NCBI RefSeq assembly: GCF_006345805.1
Contig: NW_021836134.1
Coordinates: 248,001 to 312,000, forward strand
Length of the DNA stretch: 64,000 nt
Direction of reading: 5' to 3'
Source: Octopus sinensis
Taxonomy: Eukaryota
Shown: in pieces, positions 54,050 to 64,000 of the stretch
Position numbering within the stretch: the first letter of the stretch is position 1
Layout of the letters: each line of letters starts with the position of its first letter
Notes under the pieces: generated by a model
The model's input: only the letters and a program-made list of their open reading frames with translations
Database searches by the model: none
Told to the model about the DNA's origin: nothing
Program-made: the position numbers and the translations under genes

Positions 54050-56830
54050 AAACCTAAATTATCTTAACTTTTATTTTGTGAATAATCCCTAGCTTGCTTG
54101 CTAAAAAATTTTATTTAGAATCTTCTTCACTTTGACCTGTTTCAAGCTATTCTGGGACGTCATTCCAAACTCGACAAGAGTCATCGTGTTTGTGATTTTA
54201 TCATGTACAAACATATCGGGTTTGTTTTTTTATAACATGTCCGTTTGCTCTATCTACTTTTATTTGGTGATTTAATAAATAAATAAAAATAAAATTTCGA
54301 AGACTCATTAGTGGAAACGAACTGAACTGAATAGATTTTGAGCCTTTTGGTTTTTCTGATTTCAAATTTTCTTTATAAGTGGCGATATAAACATTTTACA
54401 ACGTCATTATATCTTCTGAGGTAAAAGTTGTTGAGTATTTTCCTACATCTCGTGGCAAAATGGTCAACTGTTTATTTTATATTTTCCTATCTTATTTCTG
54501 ATTATCTATTATTTAAAATATTATAATTTTTGATGGCAAACCTAATAAATAAAGACACGTGTTCGCATGAGTTGATTTACTTTGTTGTGCTGTATTCATT
54601 ATTTAACTGTACTTTATTTTTAATGTAATTGAATTCAGAAGGAATATTTCGTGATGTTGTTTCTTTTAATGATTATTTTATCTGAAATTCCATCATTTTT
54701 TAATATTTTTTGATTCTATTCCTTTAATCTGTTTCTTTTACACATTTTGAAATTTCTAAAACATTATTATTTCTTTATTATTCGTATTTATACAATTTTC
54801 TTTGTTTTTAAATTGATTCTTCTCAATTAAATACTTTTCTTTCACATCTTTCAAACCTTCAGTTTGAGTCTTTTCAGGATTCCCTGTTTGGTACTTTCTA
54901 CATAGGAATTCCTTGATTGCAGTCATATATGTTTTCTTTAATCCCATGGCCTCCATAATTCCATCTCTTATCAAACAACTGTATCCTTCATTTCAATGTC
55001 CTTGAGAAATTGGAGGAGCAATTGCTTACTTTTATGCACCACAGAGCAATATTTTCAAATTCTCATAATTTGATTTCAATCAGCCTGATGTAGTAGTTAT
55101 AAAACCACAATGTATCCTTATTGATATTTTTTTCAATTTTTTTTTTCTTTGAGTATTTTTTTAATGGAACAATATAACCAATCGAAAAGAGTTAAAATGC
55201 GCAGCGGATCGACTGGCAATTCCCGCACATGATGGCCAATGAGATCCTTTGAAAGAGTCTGATCGACTCGTTGGGATCTTTCGTGGCAACCACGAGCTTA
55301 GATCCAAGGCGGCGGAGAAACGATAGCTTCTGCGGGCCGATGACTCCAGAGGTTTCCACCGCGACTGCAGTGAATAGGTGATTCATTGCCAGGACCCGAT
55401 ACTTCTTCTGTTTTGTTAGTTCCGCCTGCTTTGTAACTGAGCCCGGTTCCGCAGCGGAGACAATTAGATTCTTGGCGGAGAAAGTGTCAGAACAGGTGGC
55501 GCCCCAGATAGATCTTTATGAACATAATAACCTCGGTTTTGGGCCTAAAATACTGGTCAGAGTCCTTTTATGAAAAATTGACTGTATATAAGCCTGTAGA
55601 GACTTATCTACACCGTTGGTGGTATTTGGTCACCAGTTTATTTTATGTTATCATACAGAATGACATGGACTTTGCAGTGGTGCATAAGTTCTAGCTCGTT
55701 TGCAAAAAGGTCATATTTTTTTCTTTAGTTCTCTTTCACTGTTTGCAAACGGGCTAGGTATGTGTGTGCACTTCTACGATAACAATATTATTGGTGAGTT
55801 TATCTTGGACCACAATATCGGGTTTGTTGTGCTGCACAACAATTGAGGTGCGTATGGGAGTATTCATTTGGTATTTAACGATTTTTGATGTAAAATTTAC
55901 ATTTTGGTTGTCCTTGTTTTTTCTTTCCAGTAAACGCAGATTTTAGCTGTGTAAAGATTCAAGACGGTCCATATCGTGTTTAGAGATTCCCCATGAGTTA
56001 TAAGTAAGATCCTGGATGACAAAAGCCTTATCCTGAGCCTGGTATTTAATCCGATTTTCTGTGGTTCCATATAGCCGATATTTTTTTAATGCGCTCGTAG
56101 CAAGGCTAATACTTTTTTTAAAATTACTTTATTGACCAAAGGACTAGGGTAAGCCAGTTAATTATAATCCTTCTAAAAGGTTCGATCCTGTTTACAATGA
56201 TCGGACTGAGACGACAATGTCCCAGGGTCAGAGTTCTAGAAGTTTTTTTTTCTGTAGACATTAAGTGCCTCCTGAGCGTTTGCATATCCGATTGGAAGTT
56301 CCAATTGACATGGTGGACCCCATAACGCCACGTTAAGACCGGAAGGAAGGTGAGAGATCCCCATTTGCAACTGTGTCGTGCCAGAAGTACTCATTGCCTC
56401 ACGGACAAGGGAAAGAGAATTGACCCCAGCTGGAAACTAGTCTTCTTCGGATACGAACCCACGACTGTTAATCCATTATCCATAGCTTAAGCTTCAGCCA
56501 ATGAAAACCTTTATACTAAATGCAAATCCGGTGTCTCGTCAGATGATATTTTCAGGTCGAGATGGAGTTTTTTTGGCCATGTTTTACGTTTAAACGACCT
56601 GGTTCCGGCGAAGATTGCAATAGATTATTTCTTCGCGCAGACGGAGTCTGGAATCCGTGGTAGATTAAGAACGACGCTTCAGACCATCCTAAATGGGGAT
56701 CTCTCGACGGTTGGTCTGCGACTAAAGTCGGCGGACGATTTGGACAACCTCAAAGATATCACACGCAACAGAAAATCCTGGTCGAGACTAACGGAGAGAA
56801 TGTTACAGAACACGGCACAAGGGAGACTTA
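54050..56830. mobile_element. Cluster of LINE relics: Dong-like (54050-55130), CRE-like (55190-55510), R4/NeSL-like (55580-56280), RTE-like 3' end (56500-56830)
   Basis: TVDHFATRC, AVETSG..LFQRISLAIMCGN, HNKPDIVV, RWSFFGHVLRL. Confidence 0.65.
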
Positions 56831-56904
56831 ATTAAATTTATGCTTTCTCGAAAGTGCTCTTAATAATATTAATAATAAACGCAGATAGCGATATTTTCTT
56901 TTCT

Positions 56905-57646
56905 ATGCCACACCTACGATTCATAACCATAGAGGAAGACTGGTAACACAAACGCGTTGATAAGTCTTATCTTCGTCTTTGGACATACATCCTGCTATTC
57001 CAGATTCGATTCAGTTTTATTATCGTACTTCTGCACAAGGCTATGCGTCTATTGATTTTGAGACAAAACCATCATCTCTAGTTATCAGACTAAACAGAAA
57101 GATATTGCTTTCGGGACATTCTATTTCCTCGTTATTAACAAAAATTCTTATTTTTCAGATAGTCAAGTTGCAATTATTTTGGTTTTTCCACATTTAGAAA
57201 AAGACTAAATGTGGACTTTTCTTTACTTCAAAATCATCTATAATTTTAGTTTTATATTTGCTATTAATTAAATTGTTGCCAAGCAATGAGTATGCTATCA
57301 AAAGAAGAACAAGGTGGATTATACGTGACCATTTGTAGACATTTTTGACTGTCTGAGAGAACTTAGGGAACAATTTAAACAACTCTCCGTGGACTCACTA
57401 TTTCAGTCATCACCCACCAACAACCAAATAGACAAATCGAGGATTGAAGAATTAAGGCAAGAGAATGAAGCGCTGCTTAGTCATTTATCGTTAACCAAAG
57501 TACTCACGTTTATAGTTTTGTAGGAAAAAATGAATTCATTCTTACAGTCGGATACTCAAAATGTTTCCCGACCTACAAAGAAACAAGTTAGAGAATGCAA
57601 AAAGCGAATAAATCTTCCATTCGTGGCAGGAAAAGTTGTATTCTAA
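56905..57646 (+). CDS. Intron-rich gene for a coiled-coil protein; 5' structure uncertain
   Basis: Introns 57314-57338 (25 nt) and 57500-57523 (24 nt) give an open frame MSMLSKEEQDIFDCLRELREQFKQL..RIEELRQENEALL..RINLPFVAGKVVF*. More GT..AG micro-introns lie upstream but could not be phased uniquely. Confidence 0.55.
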
Positions 57647-58389
57647 TGATATTGGCAGTCAGTACAGCACAGTCATTCAGTGAGTGCTAATATACAACAA
57701 TTCATGCATTCAATGCGACAAAGAAGCAACTTATCTGACAAAAGACAACGAGGAAAAAATATAATTAAAATGATTAAATAAACGCGTTTTGTACATTCTC
57801 TCAGAAGAGGTCTGTAAAATATAGGAAATGTAAACAAACATAAACAACAGGGCAAAAACATTGCCACATATTAATCCTGTCTTTTCTAAATAATTATTTT
57901 GGGATAATAAAATTTGAATTAATAATTTTACACAGAAAAGAGATTTCTGTAGTTCAGCCCGGCCTCGTTGTGGTTATATCGATATATTAAAATAAAATGA
58001 GTATTTAAATGAGGGTCAATTAGACCTTTATTTTCAATCTGGCTTAGTTTAACCTGAGGAAAGTTAGGTTTTAGATTTGAATGAAAAGAAATTAAAAACG
58101 AAACATTCAAAACACTTTCTGAAAAAGTTTCTTCTCTATTCCACTTTTTAAAGTTATAGCAATGATTCGAAAATCTAATAAATTTAAGTATATAAACACA
58201 TAATATGAAATGACAAGAAATGAAAGTCATAATTTATCAGACAACTTAAAAAATAAACAAATATGTAAATAAAATAATTTTAAAAACACTATATTAAAGG
58301 ACTACTAATTAGCATAATATTATAATAATAATATTAATAATAAATAATAAAATATAGAGTGTTGTGTGATGTGTACAATAACACCGGAG

Positions 58390-59286
58390 ATGGCAGCGAG
58401 GACTCTGTTAGTTCTTGTTGATTAAAAATTAGGTACTTTGGGAACCTACCTGGCTGTATTGACGAAAACTTAATAATAATGCTGATTACTCGTTTCGAGG
58501 TGAATTGTGTGTCCTGCAAATTGATTCGAGAAGTATCGGACGACCCATATTGCTTTGTCGAATTCTGCAGTCGAGAAGACGGAGAATATGTGATGGCCCA
58601 ATTAAGCAATATTGAATTATACGGCAAGAAAATACGAGTAAAATGGGCAGCCGTGCCAAACAAGCAAGACACAAGCAGTAATGAACTATTCTTCACCCAC
58701 AGAACACTTTCACATATTCGTGGGGGATATCAGTCCAGATATCGACAACGAAGCACTCCGTAGGGCATTTGCTCAGTTCGGGGAGATATCGTAATGGAGG
58801 TGTGACATGGCAGGGACTGCAAGGTCGTGGTTGATCCAGTCACACAAGTTTCGAAGGGATATGGGTTCATCTCCTTCATTCACGAAGAGGATGCTTCCCG
58901 TGCTATTCTCCAAATGAATTCTCAGTGGCTTGGGAGTCGGCCAATTAGGACTAATTGGGCCTCACGGAAAGTGTGTCCCACAAAGGACCGTTCTTATAGA
59001 CAAATATCAGCTCAGACAACTCAGACTAATTCGACTGTCTATGTGGGGGGACTGCCTCCTGGACTTGTTTCGGAAGACACTCTTAGAGCTGTTTTTTCCC
59101 ATTTTGGGCAGATTCTTACAATTAGAGTTTTTGTCCAAAAGGGATATGCTTTTATTCAGTTGTATTTGGTGTTTTGATGGCAGATTTGATCGGAAGGAGA
59201 GTGCTGTTCAGGCTATTCATTCTGCACATTCACTTTCCATTGGTGGCTTTCCTCTCAGGTGTTCTTGGGGAAAGGAGTTTTATTAA
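58390..59286 (+). CDS. TIA1: TIA1/TIAR RNA-binding protein, three RRMs, 265 aa
   Basis: RTLYFGNL, DPYCFVEF, HFHIFVGD, SKGYGFISF, WLGSRPIRTNWA, TVYVGG, KGYAFI, CSWGKE. Introns 58407-58432, 58678-58702, 58791-58813, 59159-59183. Confidence 0.93.
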
Positions 59287-59680
59287 CATTTATTAACTTT
59301 GCATGTACCTATACGATATGAGTTATGTGAATTAAAGTAGTGAGGAAATAGGCTTGTTTGTACTTAGTCAATACTGGTTTTTAGTTTATTAGACTTATTG
59401 GTTTATAAAGATAGGTGGATTGTTTTGGAATAGAATGACTAAGTAGACTAATAAAAAGCGATATACAACTGGAGAGCCAATGCCACTGATTGGGAGTAAC
59501 TACATATAATTATGACAAGATTAGAAGATTACACATACTTTTAAGATTAGAAGATTACATTCTGATAACTTATCAGAATACTATGTAAGGTAGGAATTAC
59601 CACATAAGACAATTTTGCGAATAGGCGTATAAAAAAGTTATGCCACTACAGACAATACACAAACGACAGATGGAAAAACC

Positions 59681-59727
59681 GGTGGCCGAATAACAAAGCT
59701 TTCCTGGGTTCGAATCCCAAGACCACA
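59681..59727 (+). pseudogene. tRNA-like remnant (A box, T arm/B box, no anticodon arm)
   Basis: TGGCCGAAT, then TGGG-TTCGAAT-CCCA at 59705-59719, followed by TTTT. Confidence 0.35.
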
Positions 59728-59766
59728 ACTTTTAAGAATTTAAATTTAAAAAACGAAAAAAGTAAT

Positions 59767-60287
59767 TTAAAGTTGGAATTTAGTCTTGGAATGAACATCG
59801 TCAATGATAGAAGCAATACTCTCGTCAGATAATTTATCAGAAAGACTGACATATCAAAAACACAGAAACCTCGGAATCAGCGCTTTGGCCTGAGAGACTG
59901 TAGAAGGGGCCAAATTAGCCAACTGAGCTCGCTCGAATTTATGCAATTCAGGTTTCCCCAAGGCTCTACTCATTCAGAGATCCCCGATAACCTGCGGACA
60001 GCACTGACTGTTTCCTTTGTCTTGAAGCGACTGAATAAATTGCAGTAATCGAGTGTAGATCGGAAGACTTCGGAGGTCTCGAGAGCATCGTCGTCCTGGT
60101 TATTGGCATCTTCACTGAAGGAGTATAAAGACAAGTCATACCGATGTTGTAAGAGGATCCTTACTTCTGAAATTAAGATTGTTTCGGCGTCTTCAAAGTC
60201 TATGTTTGTTAGGAGAGTTAAATTTTATATAAAACCGTCGGTAAAGCATAAATAATCGCTATTTTCTTCTTGTTCGGGTGGCCTCAT
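59767..60287 (-). CDS. POLR2D: RNA polymerase II subunit RPB4, 135 aa
   Basis: Spliced protein DFEDAETILISEVRILLQHR..SEVFRSTLDYCNLFSRFKTKETVSAVR..LHKFERAQLANL..AKALIPSL..IIDDVHSK. Introns 60200-60235, 60115-60141, 59966-59991, 59846-59869. Confidence 0.93.
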
Positions 60288-60602
60288 AAGAATCAAAACT
60301 ATTTATTTATTTATTTAATTTAATAATGTTATAATTATTTAAATTAAGTAATATTTGTATTATTAATTTAATTAAATAATTTAAAAATTACATTTATATT
60401 AATAGGAAATTATTATTTAAACGATCATGTATTTTGTTATTATAACATGAAAATATTAAATTTAAAAAATCAAGTTTTTTTAATTTTTTCAATTATTATC
60501 TAATATTTAAATGGTTATTAAATTATTTAAAAATTAAATTTATTTGTTTTAATTATTTAATCTTGTGGTGTTTATTCAATTTACAAAGTCAGCCACCCAA
60601 AC
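60288..60602. promoter_or_regulatory. Putative bidirectional promoter between POLR2D and GABPA
   Basis: 315 bp of extremely AT-rich DNA between two divergent start codons. Confidence 0.5.
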
Positions 60603-61305
60603 ATGTACAACTCAGAGGAGTGCTCAGAACTGGTTGCGAATTCTCCCAAAAAAAGACAGAATAAAGAACAACTACAATGTTTGGTGGACATTGATCGTCC
60701 GATATATACAATTCTATCCCTCCTTCGAAGTGAGACTGGTCACCCCCTGAAAGACTATTCTATCCACGTCCAAGACGCCCTGATTGTACTAAAATTTTAA
60801 TTTATCTAAGAATGACACAAATTCGGCAGTCTCCTCTCTTTGTGTGAACCACAATGGGCCAGTCGAAGTGCTGGTCGAAGTTCAGCATGGTTTTATTATT
60901 TATAAATAACTCAGAATTGAGATCTGTAAACGTTTTGGACGTTGTTTCAGTGAGGCAGAACAGAGGAGTGCAGTTGTGGCAGTTTTTGTTGGATATGCTG
61001 ACAGACTATCGATGTTTGGAGGTCATTCGGTGGGTGGGGGACAACGGAGAGTTCAAATTAGTCAATCCTGAGGTGGTTGCTCATTTGTGGGGGGTCAGGA
61101 AGAACAGAGGAACTATGACTTATAGCAAACTGAGTCGTGCTTTGCGTTATTACTATCAAGGGGACATGCTTGCTAAGGTTGGTCTTTCTATTTTTATGTT
61201 TAGGTCACTGGGAAGAGGTTTGTTTATAGATTTGTGTGTGATTTGAAGACAGTTGTGGGGTATTCTTCTGCTGAGTTAAGTCTTCTTGTTAATTCTGTTG
61301 AATAA
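60603..61305 (+). CDS. GABPA: ETS transcription factor GABP-alpha, 208 aa
   Basis: OST-like N-terminal domain (VDIDRPI..LL..YSIHVQD..VNVLDVV). ETS domain [35 protein letters not shown]-type tail [22 protein letters not shown]. Introns 60786-60810, 60890-60914, 61178-61203. Confidence 0.92.
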
Positions 61306-61885
61306 TTGCTTTGATTGAATAAATATTTGATTTTTGTTTGTTTATTGTGCATATTATTTTTCTTACAAGTCGTGATTTGGGGGAAAGAGTTATTTTAGAT
61401 GAGTATAAATAATTGAAGAGATAAAAAAACTCCGGTGAGTATTCCACGTTCGGTAATAATTTCCAAGTAGTGTGTTTTTAAATTTGGAATAGAAATTTCT
61501 CATTTTCTAGGATCCTAGTTTCTAGCTGAATTAAAAGCTTTCCTCTTATAAATTCATGCTCAAGATAATTTGTTAATATTTTGCCTTGTTTAGATGACTA
61601 TTAATCAGTTTTTGTTCTTTTTAACAATGTAGTGTCTTTAGAACTTAGTACTGAAATAATAAATTGTATGTTTAGCAGATTTGGAAATTATCTAATTCAT
61701 ACATTCGAGTTCATAAAATATTAAATATTGGAAATTTAGTTTCAGCTACTATTTTTTCAACATAAGTTTTTATATTGTTTTGTGGAAAGATTTTTATTAA
61801 CTCCGTCTCTATTGTCACTTGGGACAATTTCCTTTGGTGATTAATGATCAAATTAGGAATGCAAAGTCATGTGGACAGTATATAA

Positions 61886-63123
61886 TGTGACCGGCACATT
61901 AATGGACCCGGCATATTAATGGACCGATTGCATAAATTGCAAAATAAATTATATAAATAAATATTAACCCATTGTAGAGATATGTTTTTATATAAATTGT
62001 AGCATAATTTTATATTTTTTATTATTTTTTATTTACACGTGTTTGATGCGTTTGTTGGAATTGACTAGGGAACAACTTGAAAAAATTGAGAAATTCCAAA
62101 TTTCATCAATAGCTGAGAATTCATTAGACAAGAAACAACGATTTCGATTAAAAGAGCTATCGCAAAAATTTGTTTTTGAAGACGGTAAAGCGTTTTTACT
62201 GAAGGGTGACCTAAAATTACGGTTCTTTGCAGTTGAAGATAAGGAACTGAAATTAAAGATAATTGAGGTAGTTTATCTGCTTTATTGAAGTCTGAGCATA
62301 ATAAAAACCATTTTGGCCAAGATAGACTTAGTAGTATGTGGAGGAATACTTTCTATAACATAATGAGAGAAGATATCCGCTTTGTTTTAGACAAATGTGT
62401 TTATTGTCAAGTATTGGCTATTTATTTATTAGCTAGTCCAAAAAATTGATGGCAACCAAGCCACCTATCACTCCAATCATTGCCAGAGGTCCTAGAGACC
62501 GTTATATCGCAGATGGAAAAAAATGTAATCAAAAATGTTAATATCTCGAGACTTTCTAAAATTTTGAAATAAATAGTTGAAACTTTTAATGTTTTGCATT
62601 GTGTCGTATACGGGGTTTTTTAATTAAGTTTTAATAAAACTGTTATTTAGAGTTCCTCTTAACACTAGAAATTGTAATCAGAAAGTATTAAAGATCGTAT
62701 TAATCATAAAATCCGAGTCAAATACACTGCGGCCGCAGGCCGCATAGGGCACAGTATCAAATTGACTTCCAACAATTAGGGTTTGGTTAAGATTGTCTTT
62801 CGAAATTGATTTTTTACGTTAGAATATTCATATCTCAAATTTTAAAAGTTTACTATTACTATTTTAAAATGAAAAATTGATTATTTTAAAATGGAAACCC
62901 TCTAAATATAATAAACAATATAATAATTAATCAATAATTTTCAAAAAGGTTAGGTTTGTTATGTTGTCAATCTTAGTTTTCCAGAAGTCATTAAAACCAT
63001 CAAAAATAGGTTTAAAATTGGACTTAGAAAAAAGTAAGATACTTTTCATATGGACGTAATTGATATTAATGACATTTTGATGCGGTCCATTAATATGCCG
63101 GGTCCATTAATGTGCCGGTGACA
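61886..63123 (+). mobile_element. Internally deleted copy of the Ginger element
   Basis: Near-identical to the reverse complement of 24089-26167 but lacks 24701-25538 (junction GCAG-AT-GGAA at about 62513). TATAA on both flanks. Confidence 0.95.
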
Positions 63124-64000
63124 TATAATACACATTATTTGAGAACATTCTTCAAATCACTAAAGGTAAAAAAATGTGTGTAGTAAGTAAGTACCATTAG
63201 TAGTCCAACTCTGTCCCAATAACTGGTTATCCAGCATGCGGTCTGTTCAGGACTTCTAAGTGAATACTCGAAAGGTATTAGACAGCAGAGTACTTCCCGA
63301 CATAAAGACGAGGGACTTGATTAAGTTAATTTCCTAAAATATTGTATTGCCTAAGTAAATGAAAAACTATGATCAACATCTTTTAGCCAGATATTTAGTA
63401 TTTGTTGCTAAGTTATCAAACTTTTTTTTACGTAAAATTTAGAAAAACATTTTTTAACATAGCAATAACATAATAAACTAATTACGTGATCCGGATTCAC
63501 TTCACAAAGGACCTCATCTTTGCACGGTAATCTTCCCACTAGTCACACAAACCGCAACGAATGAATGGTTGGTTGCAAAGACATAGCCCGGCAATCTGAA
63601 GTTCAGCTTAATCAGATTTTCCAAACGAGCCGCCCCGGAACCTTTGTTTCCATTTGACCAATGTTTGGCTTATTTGCACGCCCTTAGTTGATCCTTCTCG
63701 GTTTTCCTCCTGTTTGATAAATAAGGTTCCCGTAAACCACAAGCATAGGAAAAACATAATTTGATGTATTGAAGATATATGTTTGTGAAGACCGGGTGAG
63801 AACTACTCTTCCATAATCCCAATAAGGTTTCAACAAGTTCATTTATTTTTCGCTTTTCATCACTTTCGCGCTACCAATAGATCGTCAGCGTCCTTCAATC
63901 AACCCCTGATGACAGCATAATCCTCCGAAAGTGTCTTGGGAAGACATCCTCCTGGACGTCCTCTATAAGTTGGATATTCAAAAAATCACTTTTGAGGACA

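Noticed and set aside
56290-56500. tRNA-derived SINE (minus-strand GGGTTCGTATCC)
   Set aside because: Only a B-box-like match; no clear A box, second copy or TSD in the window.
59516-59560. 17-bp direct repeat aagattagaagattaca
   Set aside because: A short local slippage duplication in intergenic DNA with no further structure.

Overview
AT-rich animal genomic DNA, not prokaryotic. Host genes are split by ultrashort GT-AG introns (mostly 23-29 nt), which is why the ORF track is fragmented. Tiny introns together with a Hox gene and a GABPA-type ETS gene point to a reduced metazoan such as a dicyemid mesozoan (inference). Genes rebuilt by hand-splicing: mitochondrial-type valyl-tRNA synthetase, a solitary Hox gene, an orphan CxxC..HxxC protein, a coiled-coil gene, TIA1/TIAR, POLR2D/RPB4 (absent from the ORF track) and GABPA, plus kinesin and Obg-GTPase pseudogenes. 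About 14-56 kb is nested transposons: R4/Dong, CRE-like, Ingi/I-like and RTE-like LINEs, and hAT/Buster, Tc1, pogo/Tigger, Merlin and Ginger DNA elements. Main highlights: transposase genes carrying host-type 23-31 nt introns; weak splice signals with tightly constrained intron size; domain-stripped TIA1, GABPA and ValRS; an HDV-like ribozyme plus 2A-like cassette; a twin-priming LINE inversion; and a hAT shell carrying a near-intact Dong retrotransposon. Many frameshifts are 1-bp homopolymer indels and may be assembly errors. All calls come from manual reading; no database searches were run.
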